Shown here: one piece after another, positions 1 through 11,050 of the stretch
Layout of the letters: each line of letters starts with the position of its first letter
Position numbering within the stretch: position 1 is the stretch's first letter
Assembly (NCBI GenBank): GCA_000091205.1
Contig: AP006489.2
Length of the DNA: 64,000 bases
Direction: 5' to 3' (one strand)
Origin: Cyanidioschyzon merolae
Taxonomy: Eukaryota
Made by a program: the position numbers and the translations under genes
Notes under the pieces: model-generated
The model's database searches: none
What the model saw: only the letters and a program-made list of their open reading frames with translations
What the model was told of the DNA's origin: nothing

Positions 1-2282
1 CCCTCTTTGATAATAGCTCCTAGAGATAGTATGGAGTGAAATGATTTGACAAGGAGGCTATCATTTATACTGAGTTTCATACGTGCCGTTTGAGGTGCAC
101 GACGTTCCAAACACCGACAACGAGAAGGATGGTGCATCCATATGCTGACCATACAGGGACAACCTTGAACGGATAAGGTCTTGTTTCGCTGCCTAGCAGC
201 GACGGCTTCAAGTCTGGTCGGGGTACTTCTCCAGTCTACGGATTATATTCCTTTTGTCGAACGTCTTCATGAAAAACGAAAAAAAAACACAAAAAGTAGC
301 GCTGGTACATGCGGTACAGAATGAGGTGCTCTGCGTACAAGGCGGTGCAGACCTGACGGTTCTCGTGGATGGTCTTTTTTTGGTTCCTTTTCGTTGGCAG
401 GCAACCCTTCGGTGCGCTTCGATGCAAAAAGAACTTTTCCGATTCACGAAACCGACGGCTCAAATGCCGATGACGCTTCACGTGATGCCGGTGCTGGACA
501 GGTTCTCTCCTCAATACGTGGCTGCCTGGCTCCTGTACGTTCATGCGTTGGACAGCGAGCGGAACTTTATGGTGAGTAGAGCATCACTAGCATCAGCTGG
601 TGCCATTGCTCGCGCGCATCCTATGATGACTTCCGGTAGGTCTGTCTCTAGTACTGAACGCTCGACCAACAGACTCTCTTGTGGTAAGCACTGCGCTGAC
701 ACCTCCATCGAGCCGTCATGTTCACTGACGTAAAAAATTCTGGCACGTGCGGAACCACGAGTCGAAGACGATGCCGTTATCCATGAGTGCGGTTCTTGTC
801 GCCGCTAAAGCGCGAGTATCTCTTCGTGCTTGTGATGCCACATCCTCATGCAGTCAGTTTACGTGCGAGTCTCGCGATGGAGACACATCTGGACGTGCGG
901 CTCGAGTCACTGCCCTCCGTTTATCGACGACGAGGATGCAGGGGAACGCCATCTGGAGCTCCACGCCCGACGGCGATAAGCGTAGGAGGATTCGAGTGTA
1001 GCACTTGTGACCAGGCAGCTTCACGCGTTGCGCACTTTGTCGTCCATGCTCATCTGCTCGGGGCGTTATCTTGCGCAGCGTAGAGGTCTCCACTGTACAC
1101 ATGTGGCGCCCCGCAGCGCGGTCCTGCAAAGAATCACATGAACAACGCTTTTGCGTACGCATCGCCTTGAGCAAAAGCGCTATTCCACAAATGAATGCCC
1201 TTAGCGTAAACGGAAATCCACCAAGGTAGCAAAAGCCTCTACGGCAATGCGTCTCCAGAGCGTGCGTTCCTGGCGATGCCTAGGCTTCGGCAGTGCCAGC
1301 ATTGCCTCTGAGGTCCAGCGACACCTGTCACCGCGTGGATCCCTCTCCCACTATCTGTAGATGCGGTCCTGCGGAAACAAAAGCAAACTGATCCGGCTCT
1401 AGTATGAAGCCAGCGCAACAGCGAGGCATCCATCAGCGAGCTCGAGTGCACCACGGATATGAACATGGATAAAATGCGACATTCGACGCAGTTTTGGTCT
1501 GCTCAAGTGTCGACACCTCAAACCAATATCTAGATGGGCGCCCGAACACCATTACCAGCCGTACCCCGCAAAGCGCCTCCCCAGGCCTGCGGTTTGCGGA
1601 TGACTCGCGTCGCAGCAAGCAGCTCTGGCAGGCCCGCCACCCAAACAGTCGCTGAGACTAGTTTCCAGGCATCAAAGAACGATTGTTCTGGGGATTCAGG
1701 TACAAAGAAGGCGTATCTTAAGGAACTTGGGTCTCTTTCCTGCTCCTCCATGGCACCCTCGCATAAAAGAGAACCGCGGTTCAATGCATGTATCTTATTC
1801 TATTTCCCAGCACGAGGGCTGCGCGCGCTTTTACGGGACGTCGAATCGTTCACATGAGCCAGAGGATCCCAAATAGCACGATGGTTATCCCAATTGATGT
1901 GCGCTTCCATTACGGAGCGCCCTACCTTCAGGTGCAGCTCCACGAGCACGATCGACCAATTCTTGCGGAGAGCACGCTGCTTCCGTACGAAGCTCACGGT
2001 ACCAAGCGACTGGTAGGAGCGCTCGCTATGAAACCGCACGAACACAGCGCATTTCTGCCATATAGTTTACTACGGACAAGAGCGCAAGAACCACGTGTAC
2101 ACGCACTCATAGTTCACTAGAACCGCCCCAGTGGGGCCACTTGAAACACACAGGCACCACTGTAGAACTTTTCCGTCGAGTACCTCAACGCGCTGCGTAC
2201 TGACGGGTGAACCACCGGCTTTCCGACACAGCATCGTTTCGAGGATGCACAAAGACGCTTTCCGGCGGTGACGGCGCTACTC

Positions 2283-2325
2283 AGTCAGTCAGTCTGTCTG
2301 TCTGTCAGTCAGTCAGTCTGTCTGC
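2283..2325. repeat. (CAGT/CTGT)n microsatellite
   Basis: Direct reading: cagtcagtcagtctgtctgtctgtcagtcagtcagtctgtctg. Confidence 0.8.
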
Positions 2326-2874
2326 CACGAACCCGAGTATCAATGCCTGCACCTCGACAGTGCAACCTAGGTCGGCGTCAGCATCTGCTGCTACCGCTGG
2401 TGTATACTTGTGTGCGTGTGTGTGTGTGCAGTTATTGATGCTTGCCCGCGCTAGCCTAGACTTCTATAAAGCAGAACATCACTTTGCATGTGCAGTCGCA
2501 GTTCAAGTATCTGACGCTGAGAGCGGAGCGCCGTACAAACCGCGCGCCGCTCTGTGTTTTCGAAACGACGGCGAGTCACTTTCGATGCTGAGGGCCTGAA
2601 AGCTGCAGCTGCTTCGGGTCTGTTTCGGGAACCGACGCAACGGGTTGTAGGTGTTTCGCTCTGGACTGTCGGGAGGTTTTGCTACCTCAAGGACCTGGGC
2701 GTGGCAGGCGTGATAAGCAGAGCGCTTACCCTTACGCATTGCGTAGTCGCTCTAAAAAACTTGGGGTGTGCTCCAGGTCGAGATTTGTGAACTTGCCGTT
2801 CAAACCAAAGCCGTCAGAATAGCGTGTGGACAGGAAAGCAATACAACGCGACTAGTACCACCACCTAACAAGAG

Positions 2875-5286
2875 ATGAAGGAAGCCTCTCGTTCTAGAGG
2901 GTGCCAGGTGCGGCTTCGAATAGCGTCGCACCTGACATGCACCCGGGTGTACCCCGAGCTTCAGTGGGTACAGCCGCATGTGCTTTTCTCCGGTCGTCAG
3001 GCAGTTTCCCGCAAAGCCAAGGTAGTCAACATTGCGAAGGCGTGGTCGCGAGCCCCCCACAGAATATATGCTGCCTGCCGTCGGAGAAGCGTTGCCAATC
3101 TAGTCTACTGCTGCGCCACCAAGGGACACCAAGAGCACTCCGAAGCACCACCGAGCGATGACGCTTTGAGGGAATATGAAGCGGTGACCAGCACGCCGGA
3201 ACACGACACCAACGATGCCGTCCGCCGGGAGCTGGCGGAAAATCGTTTCAAAGCTGTTCGTGAACGCGTTGCTACGTTAGAGCAGAAACTACAGCACGGC
3301 GAGGCCATTCGCCGCGTTTTGCTAGCAGAGCAGCTGCTGAAAGCGCTACGAAATCCGGAACTCTACGCAAAACTAGAAGCGGTGGGCCGCAGGCATGCCG
3401 CTGAACAGGAAACGCCTTCCAGTGCCAGCTCGGATTCCAAAGCAACCGCTTCTGCAGCTATGAGCTCCGCTGTTGCTGGGGCAGCTGCTACGGAGCTTGA
3501 GCAACCAACAGATGTCGATGCTGGGCGCACTCCTTCTGTCGCAGCCTCTGACGAGAGGATCATGGCACTTGCCCGGATCATTCAGCAAACACAGGGCCTT
3601 CTCGAAGCACTGAGCCAGTGGAAACACTTGCCAGATAGCGTTTTGGCGAAGGCGAAGGAGTTTCGCAAAGAGCTCGGACAAGTTCTCCTTGAGACTGACC
3701 TTGAAACGGTACTAACCACGGGAGGTTCCGTTTCGAGTGCTGGCACCCCAAGCTCTGAAACCAGTTCTCCTGCCGCGAGAGATTTCTTCAACCGCGCAGT
3801 ACGGGCGCTGCGAGGGCGCTCGAGCGGCAAGCCGGCCGTTACAGACGAAGAGCTGGAGAGTATCCTCTCGGCCGCTGCACAAATGCGACGGACAAGTGCG
3901 CTCAAGGCAGAGATGGATCGCATCGTCACTGCCGAAGCCGCAGCTGCGATGGTGGAGGCCCAACGAGCTCGCGACGAAAAGAGCGCTAAGAACACGGGCG
4001 CAACGTACACTCAAGCTTCAGCCCGTCATGCGCAGCATCTCCTAGAGCGCTGTCGTTTGAAGGGACACGAGCTCAGGAGCTGGCTGAAGCATTTTGTTTC
4101 CGACACCTGGCAACGTCTGAATGGTGTCCCGAGCCCGTCACAGGGTTCCAGTGAAATGAGCGAGACTGCGATTGCACCAGCCCCTGTCATGCCGTTCCGC
4201 CAACGCCAAGCGCTGATCTTTAAGCACACTCTGGAAGATCTGAAACCTCTCGAACGAAAACTGCAGGAATTGAGCAAAGAACGCGAAATGCGTCTGCGAC
4301 GCGAGGGCCCTCTCGGCAAGCTGATCCATATTCGCGACCTGCGCGCACTAGACGACCAAGTGAACGCACTTCGTCGACAAATCAGCGTCCGAGTTCTCGA
4401 GAGCGAGATGGAACGCATTTATCTCTATCTCGATGCAGAGCTCGACGCCTCGACTTTGTTTTTCTCGCGGCCTATCAACGACGAACAGGAGGAGATGCTG
4501 CTCATCGCCGAATACGGGTTGCTGGCTCGGCGTCTAGCGGAAATCCAAGTCCTCGTGGATGTCGGTGAGGCGGTGCTCATCGAAGACGACGAGCTTGCCG
4601 ATCTGGCCTCTGACATCCAGTTTCTCAAGTCTCGCCTGGGCATCGGAGAAGACGATGCGTACATGAACCTGGGCTCTGTGGTACTCGATTGGTCGCGAAT
4701 TCGTCAGTATCTGGCGGAGATGTCCCAAAAAGCCAAGGAGGGTGGAGAATTCTACTGGCGAGGCGTTCGCCTTCTCGGAGGTGACATCATGTACAGCCTT
4801 CGACTGATTCAACGAGCAGCCGCAGGTTACACGTTAACACCGCGCGAAGTCCGCACCATTAGGCGAACAGGTCGCGATATCTTGACACTGGTCCCGTTTG
4901 GCATTTTATTGGCACTGCCGCTGACTCCCGTCGGCCATGTCATGGTGTTCTCGTTCATTCAGCGATATTTCCCGAGTTTCTTCCCGAGCACGTTCACGGA
5001 TAAGCGCCAGGAGCTCATGAGACGTTACGAAAGCCTCATGCAGCAAATTTCGAGCCTCGAAAAAGACTCTGCAACCGAGGAGGCTGAGAAAGTCTCGCTA
5101 TTGGCTCGCGCTGCGCCCGAGGAGACACACCTCGCCAGTGACGATGATGATAACGACATCGACGCCGGCACCAGTTACGTCGACAACGAAATCGACATCG
5201 ACAAGCGCAGTAGCGCGTTGGGAAACAGCGCTGGCGAACGTTTGGCAAGTCGCCGCTCGCGAGGCGTCGAGTTTCCGCGCAAGTGA
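2875..5286 (+). CDS. LETM1-domain protein (mitochondrial inner-membrane LETM1/Mdm38-like)
   Basis: 803-aa ORF. The segment FYWRGVRLLGGDIMYSLRLIQRAAAGYTLTPREVRTIRRTGRDILTLVPFGILLALPLTPVGHVMVFSFIQRYFPSFFPSTF matches the conserved LETM1 ribosome-binding/TM region (KxYWxGxKLL...LVPF...P.MLPSTF). An acidic/coiled-coil C-terminus follows. The true start Met may lie downstream of 2875. Confidence 0.55.
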   Translation: MKEASRSRGCQVRLRIASHLTCTRVYPELQWVQPHVLFSGRQAVSRKAKVVNIAKAWSRAPHRIYAACRRRSVANLVYCCATKGHQEHSEAPPSDDALREYEAVTSTPEHDTNDAVRRELAENRFKAVRERVATLEQKLQHGEAIRRVLLAEQLLKALRNPELYAKLEAVGRRHAAEQETPSSASSDSKATASAAMSSAVAGAAATELEQPTDVDAGRTPSVAASDERIMALARIIQQTQGLLEALSQWKHLPDSVLAKAKEFRKELGQVLLETDLETVLTTGGSVSSAGTPSSETSSPAARDFFNRAVRALRGRSSGKPAVTDEELESILSAAAQMRRTSALKAEMDRIVTAEAAAAMVEAQRARDEKSAKNTGATYTQASARHAQHLLERCRLKGHELRSWLKHFVSDTWQRLNGVPSPSQGSSEMSETAIAPAPVMPFRQRQALIFKHTLEDLKPLERKLQELSKEREMRLRREGPLGKLIHIRDLRALDDQVNALRRQISVRVLESEMERIYLYLDAELDASTLFFSRPINDEQEEMLLIAEYGLLARRLAEIQVLVDVGEAVLIEDDELADLASDIQFLKSRLGIGEDDAYMNLGSVVLDWSRIRQYLAEMSQKAKEGGEFYWRGVRLLGGDIMYSLRLIQRAAAGYTLTPREVRTIRRTGRDILTLVPFGILLALPLTPVGHVMVFSFIQRYFPSFFPSTFTDKRQELMRRYESLMQQISSLEKDSATEEAEKVSLLARAAPEETHLASDDDDNDIDAGTSYVDNEIDIDKRSSALGNSAGERLASRRSRGVEFPRK

Positions 5287-6372
5287 CGCAGCGTGCATGC
5301 GAAGACGCGCTCCCGTTGAGGCTTCCCTTTAGCAGAGGCGCGCTACAATGCTCTTTCGCTGTCGTTCCAAGGCGGTTGCCGCCGTCCAGCACTCCAGTTT
5401 GCAACCAGTCTCCGCTTTCGCTGATTCGACGATCGACGAGCCGTCGAGGAGCAAACCACGTGCATAGCCGTTCTGCGGCCTGGTCCAGCGTGACGCATCA
5501 TTCGAGAACACCGGTGATGATAATGGTGATATTCGTCGTCATTAGCGCACCGTAGGTCCGCAGCACCACCAAAGTGATACCCAGGGGTTTACCGCTCTCA
5601 ATGTTGTGCGTCGTTGTCGCGCGGCGGTACCTGCTGCTGCTGCTGCTGTTGCTGGTAACCGAGCGGTGGCGACGTGCTGACGGTATGTGTGCTGCGGTCG
5701 AGAATGCATGTGTGTGTTTGTGTCTGCACGCGTGGCTTCACACCAGGTGTGCTTCAGGAGACTCGAACCGTAACGCGTCGTGCAGCGCTGCGGACGGCAT
5801 CACTTGGGAATGAGCTGCTTGCGAAATGCATCCAACCTGGCAGCGCTGTAGTTGCCTCAGTGACTACCGGCTCTACGGACTCGGGGATGCAGAGGCAACG
5901 CAGGGGCAACTGCGGCTTGTGTGTGCCAAGGATGCATGTGCACTGTCGCTTGCGTTCGAAGCGTCAGTTCGCGTCTCGGCCATGTTCGAGAATGTTTTTG
6001 GTACAAGGACGGGGATCGTTGCCGATGATGATCATCGTCCGGCGTACGAATGCGTCCGCTGACCATGACCCCTTGACCGCGCATGCTGCACTGCGCATTC
6101 CAGGTGAACGTGCTGGAGGCAACGCAGAGAGGCTCGCGACCTGGGGACGGCACCGGAGCCTTGACGACTGGTTGATCCTGCGCTAGCAGCACGGAAGTGT
6201 GCACAGTGAGCGGTGCCAGTGCAGGCCGGCGCACGAGAAACAGCAGGACCTGGTGGCACAACTCGGTTCGAACTGCGCAGCGCTTGCTGCAGGAGCTTGT
6301 TCGGTATCGGAAAGCTGTGTTCGGCGATGCTGTTCACGGCCACACGGGTGGAGAACGGTCGGGGCTTTTGCC

Positions 6373-7727
6373 TTTGTCAAACTAAAATGCGTAACTGACC
6401 TGGTCGCTCTACTCATGTCTTGTGATTATGTTTCCGAACGTTTCATGGGTGTTTAGCCTCGGCATTCGATTTGCAGTCGCAAGGGATGCCGCTTTCATGC
6501 GTCGTTCTAGGATCCGCGGTCGTCGTTTCGGAGTGAGATTCTCGATGCTTTGCTGCTGGAATTCGGAACGATTCCAGAGTGAGGATGAGTCGCGAGGCAG
6601 TGGAACACGACTACGCAACACACGCGATACCATTGTGGTATTCGTATGTACCGGCAACCAGGCTACTCCTTTGCTTGTGTGCGTCGCATGCGCAGATCAC
6701 ACACAGGATTCATGTCTTCTATCGTTCTGTGTTCAGGCATTACGCGGACGAAGCAGTATGCGCTGTTGGATTGGCGAGCAAAAACACTCCATGTCGGGCG
6801 CTGAAACCTCGTTGACGAGTTCATGGCGAATGCTCACTGAACTTGTCCCGTCAACACATCGATCTCATTCGAAACACACACGTCCTACGCTCTGTGTATG
6901 GAGCCATCGACGACACAGCATTCGACAGCAGCATGACACCGGTCACGGGATATGCTCCCAGACGCTGTTGTCTCTTCCGTTTCGATCGAAAAAGGGTCCT
7001 GGAGTCGGAATGCTATGATCACAGCGATCGCTTTCTGCGGAGAATGCTTCGCGACTGAGAAAGAAGCGCGCGTTGCCGGATCGAAGGTTCTCGACTTGAT
7101 CTCGAGCCTCGGTTTCCCTCTCGGTACTTGTTTCATTTCAGAGAGCAACGCTCAGCACAAATCCGCTTGTAGAAAATCGAAAAACAAGCGTTCACGCGCC
7201 TAGAGAGCAGCGTACGAGGTCAAGGCATTGCCCCGAAGAAGCCAGCGGTATCAGGGAACTGCAGTGGGCACGTCAACTGAGGAGCGCATCGCGAGGAGCC
7301 TTCTGTACCCGTCAAGGGCATGGGCTGAGCGATACGGTGAGCGTTCACGCTCTGCAGAGTGGCGCTGCCACCAGGCGGAAATTTGCCGGAGACATGCATT
7401 CGAGTGCCTGACCAAAGTCAAGTGTCGCCGCTGCGAAGCGCGCACCGAGGCTGTTTCCGACAAGTACGAAACCGAGAAGCGAAGCGTGATTCGCGACTTG
7501 AGCCTGTGGACATCGTGCGTCGACACCAGCCGAAGCCCGTGATACCCGGACTTGGAAGCTGTTGTTGTTGTTGTTGTCGTCGTCGTCATGCAGTGACTAC
7601 TGAAAACAGAGCTGGCGAGACGAACACGATCCGCGTACGTAAACGCCGGAAATAAAAGAGGGAATATGCGGCAGTTGCAGACATAGCTTTCAACAACCGG
7701 TATTCATGAGAATGAAGAGAGACCCGA
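6373..7727 (+). mobile_element. Family-A IS607-like element, copy A1 (degenerate serine recombinase + truncated TnpB/Fanzor-like gene, non-coding 3' tail)
   Basis: About 99% identical to 23822..25170, with unrelated flanks. Frame of 6422..7018, nt ~6683-6748: VACADHTQDSCLLSFCVQALRG aligns to the resolvase N-terminus [22 protein letters not shown]. At ~6890: AIDDTAFDSS, in the position of the resolvase LDRLGR motif. In 7228..7542: CLTKVKCRRCEARTE...RDLSL, homologous to the A3 zinc-finger/RuvC-III segment. Many stop codons; no intact ORF. Confidence 0.6.
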
Positions 7728-7839
7728 CCCTTTTGCGAGTTCGCTCGATATACAGGACCTGTCCTATTTCTAGGCTGACACGGGTACGATGTAGCTCGAT
7801 CCTAGTCCTTGTGGTAAAGCAGAGCCGGCGTTACCGGTT

Positions 7840-9330
7840 TTAGTTTACATCAGTACAAGTCGCTTTGATTTCATTGGGCGGGGCCAGCGAAACGTATTGC
7901 AATCCGAAAACGCCCAGCAAATAACTCAGCACAGCAAACAGGAGCGCGATGGCTGCCAGATCTCCCAGGGAAGGTATACCGCCAAAGGCAGCTCGCCAGC
8001 CAAGCCCACCCCCGTCCTGCTGCTTGCGTCGATACAGTACATACAAACTAAGGATGATGAATAAGAGAACCGCAATCCGATTGGCATACTTCAGGCCCAG
8101 TGGCGGTCGATAGGCCGGTACTCGATAGACCGTCGCCATCGGACGATATATGAGTTCGTCTCGGATCCGCGCCGCCACGGTGAGAGCGTGCTCCACTGCA
8201 GCGACAGTCTCAGCATACGACGGATCACAGGGGTCTACGGAGCTCGCGATCGCCTCGCAGTACTCCGTGAAGATGGTCAGTACTGCGGGCATGTCGCGGG
8301 CGCGGAGCACGAGCTTCGCTGTTTGGCCGCGACGAAGCTTGACGCGTCGAACGAATACATCGGCGTTATTGTAGCAAAGCGCAAGCGTGGCTATCGCCAT
8401 GACTTGGGGAATCGCCACAAAATAAAATACAGATTCCGACCGCACCTGCGACATATACTGAAGACAATCGGGTACGTGCCGAAGCGCGTCGGTGACCATG
8501 GCGTTCAGGCACTCGACGGCGACACGGCGGTGTTCAGGTCGGGCTAGATCGGCGAGTTCCATGTCCTTGCCAAACCTACCCCATATCTCCTGAGGCCAAA
8601 ATGTGCGTCCATCACGTTGGTCTTCCAGATAGTCCCGGATAATATTGGTTTTCTGCAGGAAAAGACCCATAGAGTTCGCTAACGCATCAGCAAGCTTGCT
8701 CTCTACGAATACTTCCCGTGACTCGTACCCGGAAGCAGCGAACATGGCACTCAACCCAATACCCACCAAACCAGCAACGTAGTGGCAGTACAAGTCGTAG
8801 TCCGCAATGGTCGCACATGCCTTGTGATGAATGTGCTGAGCCATACCGTCACCCATACAACGGGTAATATCCGTTATGATCTCTCGATAAGCAGGTTTCA
8901 GCTCATGGAAACAACCAAGCACTCGGGGAAACTCTTCCAACAGCTTCCGCTCGTCCGCGCTGCCGATATCGTGCACAGCGTAGCTGTTGCCCTGCAGGTG
9001 CGTGTACAACTCTTGACACAGCCGCATCCGCAACGTTGCGTCAACGCTCGTGTCGTCCTCTATCGTGTCCAAGGCGCGTAGAATAAGGTAAAATATACAT
9101 ACCGGGTCGCGAAGTTCTGAATCCAGCTCCATGATCACCAGCGCGAACGAACGAGACACTCTCCGGAGGTACTCGTAACAGAAGCGCCAGTCGGCGATGC
9201 GCTCAGCATCGCCCACCCGCTGCCGTAAACCCTCTTCCTGTACGTTTACTGCCTTTCTACTCTTCTCACGATACTTGACTAACGCCCATAACTCATCAGG
9301 ATGGCATAAAACCGTGCGTAACGCGCCCAT
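7840..9330 (-). CDS. Squalene synthase (farnesyl-diphosphate farnesyltransferase)
   Basis: 496 aa. RVSRSFALVIMELDSELRDPVCIFYLILRALDTIEDD and MGLFLQKTNIIRDYLEDQRDGRTFWPQEIW are near-identical to conserved SQS motifs. C-terminal TM helix present. Confidence 0.85.
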   Translation of the reverse strand: MGALRTVLCHPDELWALVKYREKSRKAVNVQEEGLRQRVGDAERIADWRFCYEYLRRVSRSFALVIMELDSELRDPVCIFYLILRALDTIEDDTSVDATLRMRLCQELYTHLQGNSYAVHDIGSADERKLLEEFPRVLGCFHELKPAYREIITDITRCMGDGMAQHIHHKACATIADYDLYCHYVAGLVGIGLSAMFAASGYESREVFVESKLADALANSMGLFLQKTNIIRDYLEDQRDGRTFWPQEIWGRFGKDMELADLARPEHRRVAVECLNAMVTDALRHVPDCLQYMSQVRSESVFYFVAIPQVMAIATLALCYNNADVFVRRVKLRRGQTAKLVLRARDMPAVLTIFTEYCEAIASSVDPCDPSYAETVAAVEHALTVAARIRDELIYRPMATVYRVPAYRPPLGLKYANRIAVLLFIILSLYVLYRRKQQDGGGLGWRAAFGGIPSLGDLAAIALLFAVLSYLLGVFGLQYVSLAPPNEIKATCTDVN

Positions 9331-9473
9331 CGAGTGCTAAAGAAGCAGGCACCTACGAACAAGGCACACGAAAGAAGACCAGCAATCCACGCTGTTCGCG
9401 CATCGCGCAATGGATGGCGTACAACAGCGCGCTGCAGCGCCCTGCGTGTCCATGCGACGTGCGACGTGCGTCG

Positions 9474-9515
9474 TACGTCGTGCGTGTGCGTGTGCGTGTG
9501 CGTGTGTTCGAATCG
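9474..9515. repeat. (GTGCGT)n microsatellite
   Basis: gtgcgtgtgcgtgtgcgtgtgcgtgtg, immediately upstream of the squalene synthase start. Confidence 0.8.
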
Positions 9516-9619
9516 GCGCACTGGACGCGCCTTGCCGCGCAGACGCATCGCAGGTGCCATGCGTGGCGCTGTTTTCGGCGGCAGGCGATCGAATTCGCGA
9601 TGCCACAGGTATCCCAGTG

Positions 9620-11050
9620 CGGATCGTAGCTGCATTGTATAGAGGCTATGCATTTCTATTCGTTACTGGACAGCGCAAAATGGACTGCATGAATGCCTCA
9701 GGTCAGTCATAGCACAGTGCGCAGATGGCTGAGGAACACTGAAAGACAGCAAGCGAGAACTGTATGCGCTCTGCGCCAAGAACTGGTATTGTGAAAGGCT
9801 CTAGTGGTCTATGGTAGAAAAACGAACTGTTGATTATCTTCCATGGAAGGCAAAATCGAAGATTGTAGTTACCACGGGCGTCTCTGCTTCTCAACAGCTC
9901 ATTCATTTGGTCCTGCAAGCACTGAGATACAGTTGCAGAAAAAGAGTACCGGTTGAAGCATGGTGGTTTTTCACGGAAATCGCACAGAGAGGCTTCCTGG
10001 AAATTGGGAATCTGTATGAAGCAGAGGAACGTCGGTTTGTTTTTCCAGTTAATGATACTGTGTTCGGATGAAACAGTCGTAGCGTCTATGCGTATTCGTG
10101 GAGCATGGATCCCGTCGTAGGTATGCACGATCGAACTCGAAGAGAACGGGGACATCATCATCGGTTCTAGGTGCAGTGGATTCATTTTTGGCGGCCTCAG
10201 CTTTGGCTCCTAGAGAAGGTTCGCGCATCAGCACAAACCACTTTGTCGAATTATCGAAGAATTTTGCCCTGACGTCTGAGAATGTCCCTCTGTTGCACAT
10301 CGTGCCACTTCACTCTTTCCCTTGCGTTTGGGCTTTTCCCGATTCTATCGGGGAGTAGAGCTGCTTTTCATTCCTTCATACTGAGCGTGATTGAATCCCG
10401 TTGAGGGAGTCGTTTCTATCGTGAATTGTGCGGATCGCTGCACTGGGTGGATCGCCGTAGCTCTGAACATGTGCTAACATACCGCGGCACGTTAGCTCTG
10501 TCTTCCACAAGTCCTTCTCGCTCTGGAAAAGTGCTCACCTATGGGCATGAATGAGTGCATTCATTTGAAGAAATAAATAATCTGAGGGATGCGCTGTAGA
10601 ATGCACTTCAGAAGATCGAGTTGGAGAGACGGCAGCGGAGCGCCTCGGCGCTAGAGGAGCACGGACAGCTGACAGACCACCGAATGGCACCGAGGGCAAG
10701 CGTTGGAGGACTCCTCGAAAATGCGGGTTTAACCAGCGGGAATCAACGCATGGAATGCGTGAACCGAGAGACTTCAACGCCGTGATCAATATCAGAAGAT
10801 ATGCGGTGCGGAGGATGAGACCCGAGGAGCCGCTGCAAACCAACTTTGGGGAGCAGCCTATGAAGCTCGAAGCGTACAAGGAGAAGCTGAAGCCGGTAGC
10901 ACACGGCCCGTCAACGAAAATGTCCGGAGGCTTCTACGGTTCTGTATCCGTGTACCCGGCATGGTCTTGCCACATGTATCGTTTCATTCAACATATTTGT
11001 ACACCTTAGAATAACATTGAACACATCGTGTGCGGACACCGGACTCGGCG
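9620..11050 (+). mobile_element. Family-B IS607-like element, copy B1 (serine-recombinase-like N-terminus + TnpB/Fanzor-like RuvC-III remnant)
   Basis: ORF 9811..10071 contains KIVVTTGVSASQQLIHLVLQALRYS, which aligns to resolvase [22 protein letters not shown] with the catalytic Ser retained. Later segments are ...VELLFIPSY (VdPaYTS-like) and RDFNAVINIRRYAV at 10767..10793 (TnpB RuvC-III DRDxNAAxNI). Homologous over its full length to 25415..26920 and, reverse-complemented, to 32600..33330. Confidence 0.5.

Noticed and set aside
254-2120. ORFs 254..733(+), 1534..1857(+) and 1788..2120(+) in the first 2.8 kb as genes.
   Set aside because: They are short and overlapping. None has a recognisable family or a conserved motif. 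Composition is typical of GC-rich non-coding sequence. Left unannotated.
6422-7018. 198-aa ORF (duplicated at 23869..24465), and the 82-aa minus-strand ORF (6409..6657 and 23856..24104), inside the 1.35 kb repeat, as possible proteins.
   Set aside because: Composition is random and Arg/Cys-rich. Differences between the two repeat copies are non-synonymous, so there is no coding constraint. The repeat is better explained as a decayed IS607-like element read in the wrong frame.
6843-7058. AIDDTAFDSSMTPVTGY (and its B-family counterparts GAVDSF / ALDTFGG) first read as the TnpB RuvC-I GIDLG motif.
   Set aside because: Its distance from the upstream YARVSxxQ-like serine motif (~60-100 aa) and its h-h-D-D/R-h-x-F shape fit the serine-recombinase LDRLGR region better. 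The remaining space to the RuvC-II remnant is too short for a full TnpB N-terminal half. I therefore interpret the TnpB part as N-terminally truncated. This remains uncertain.
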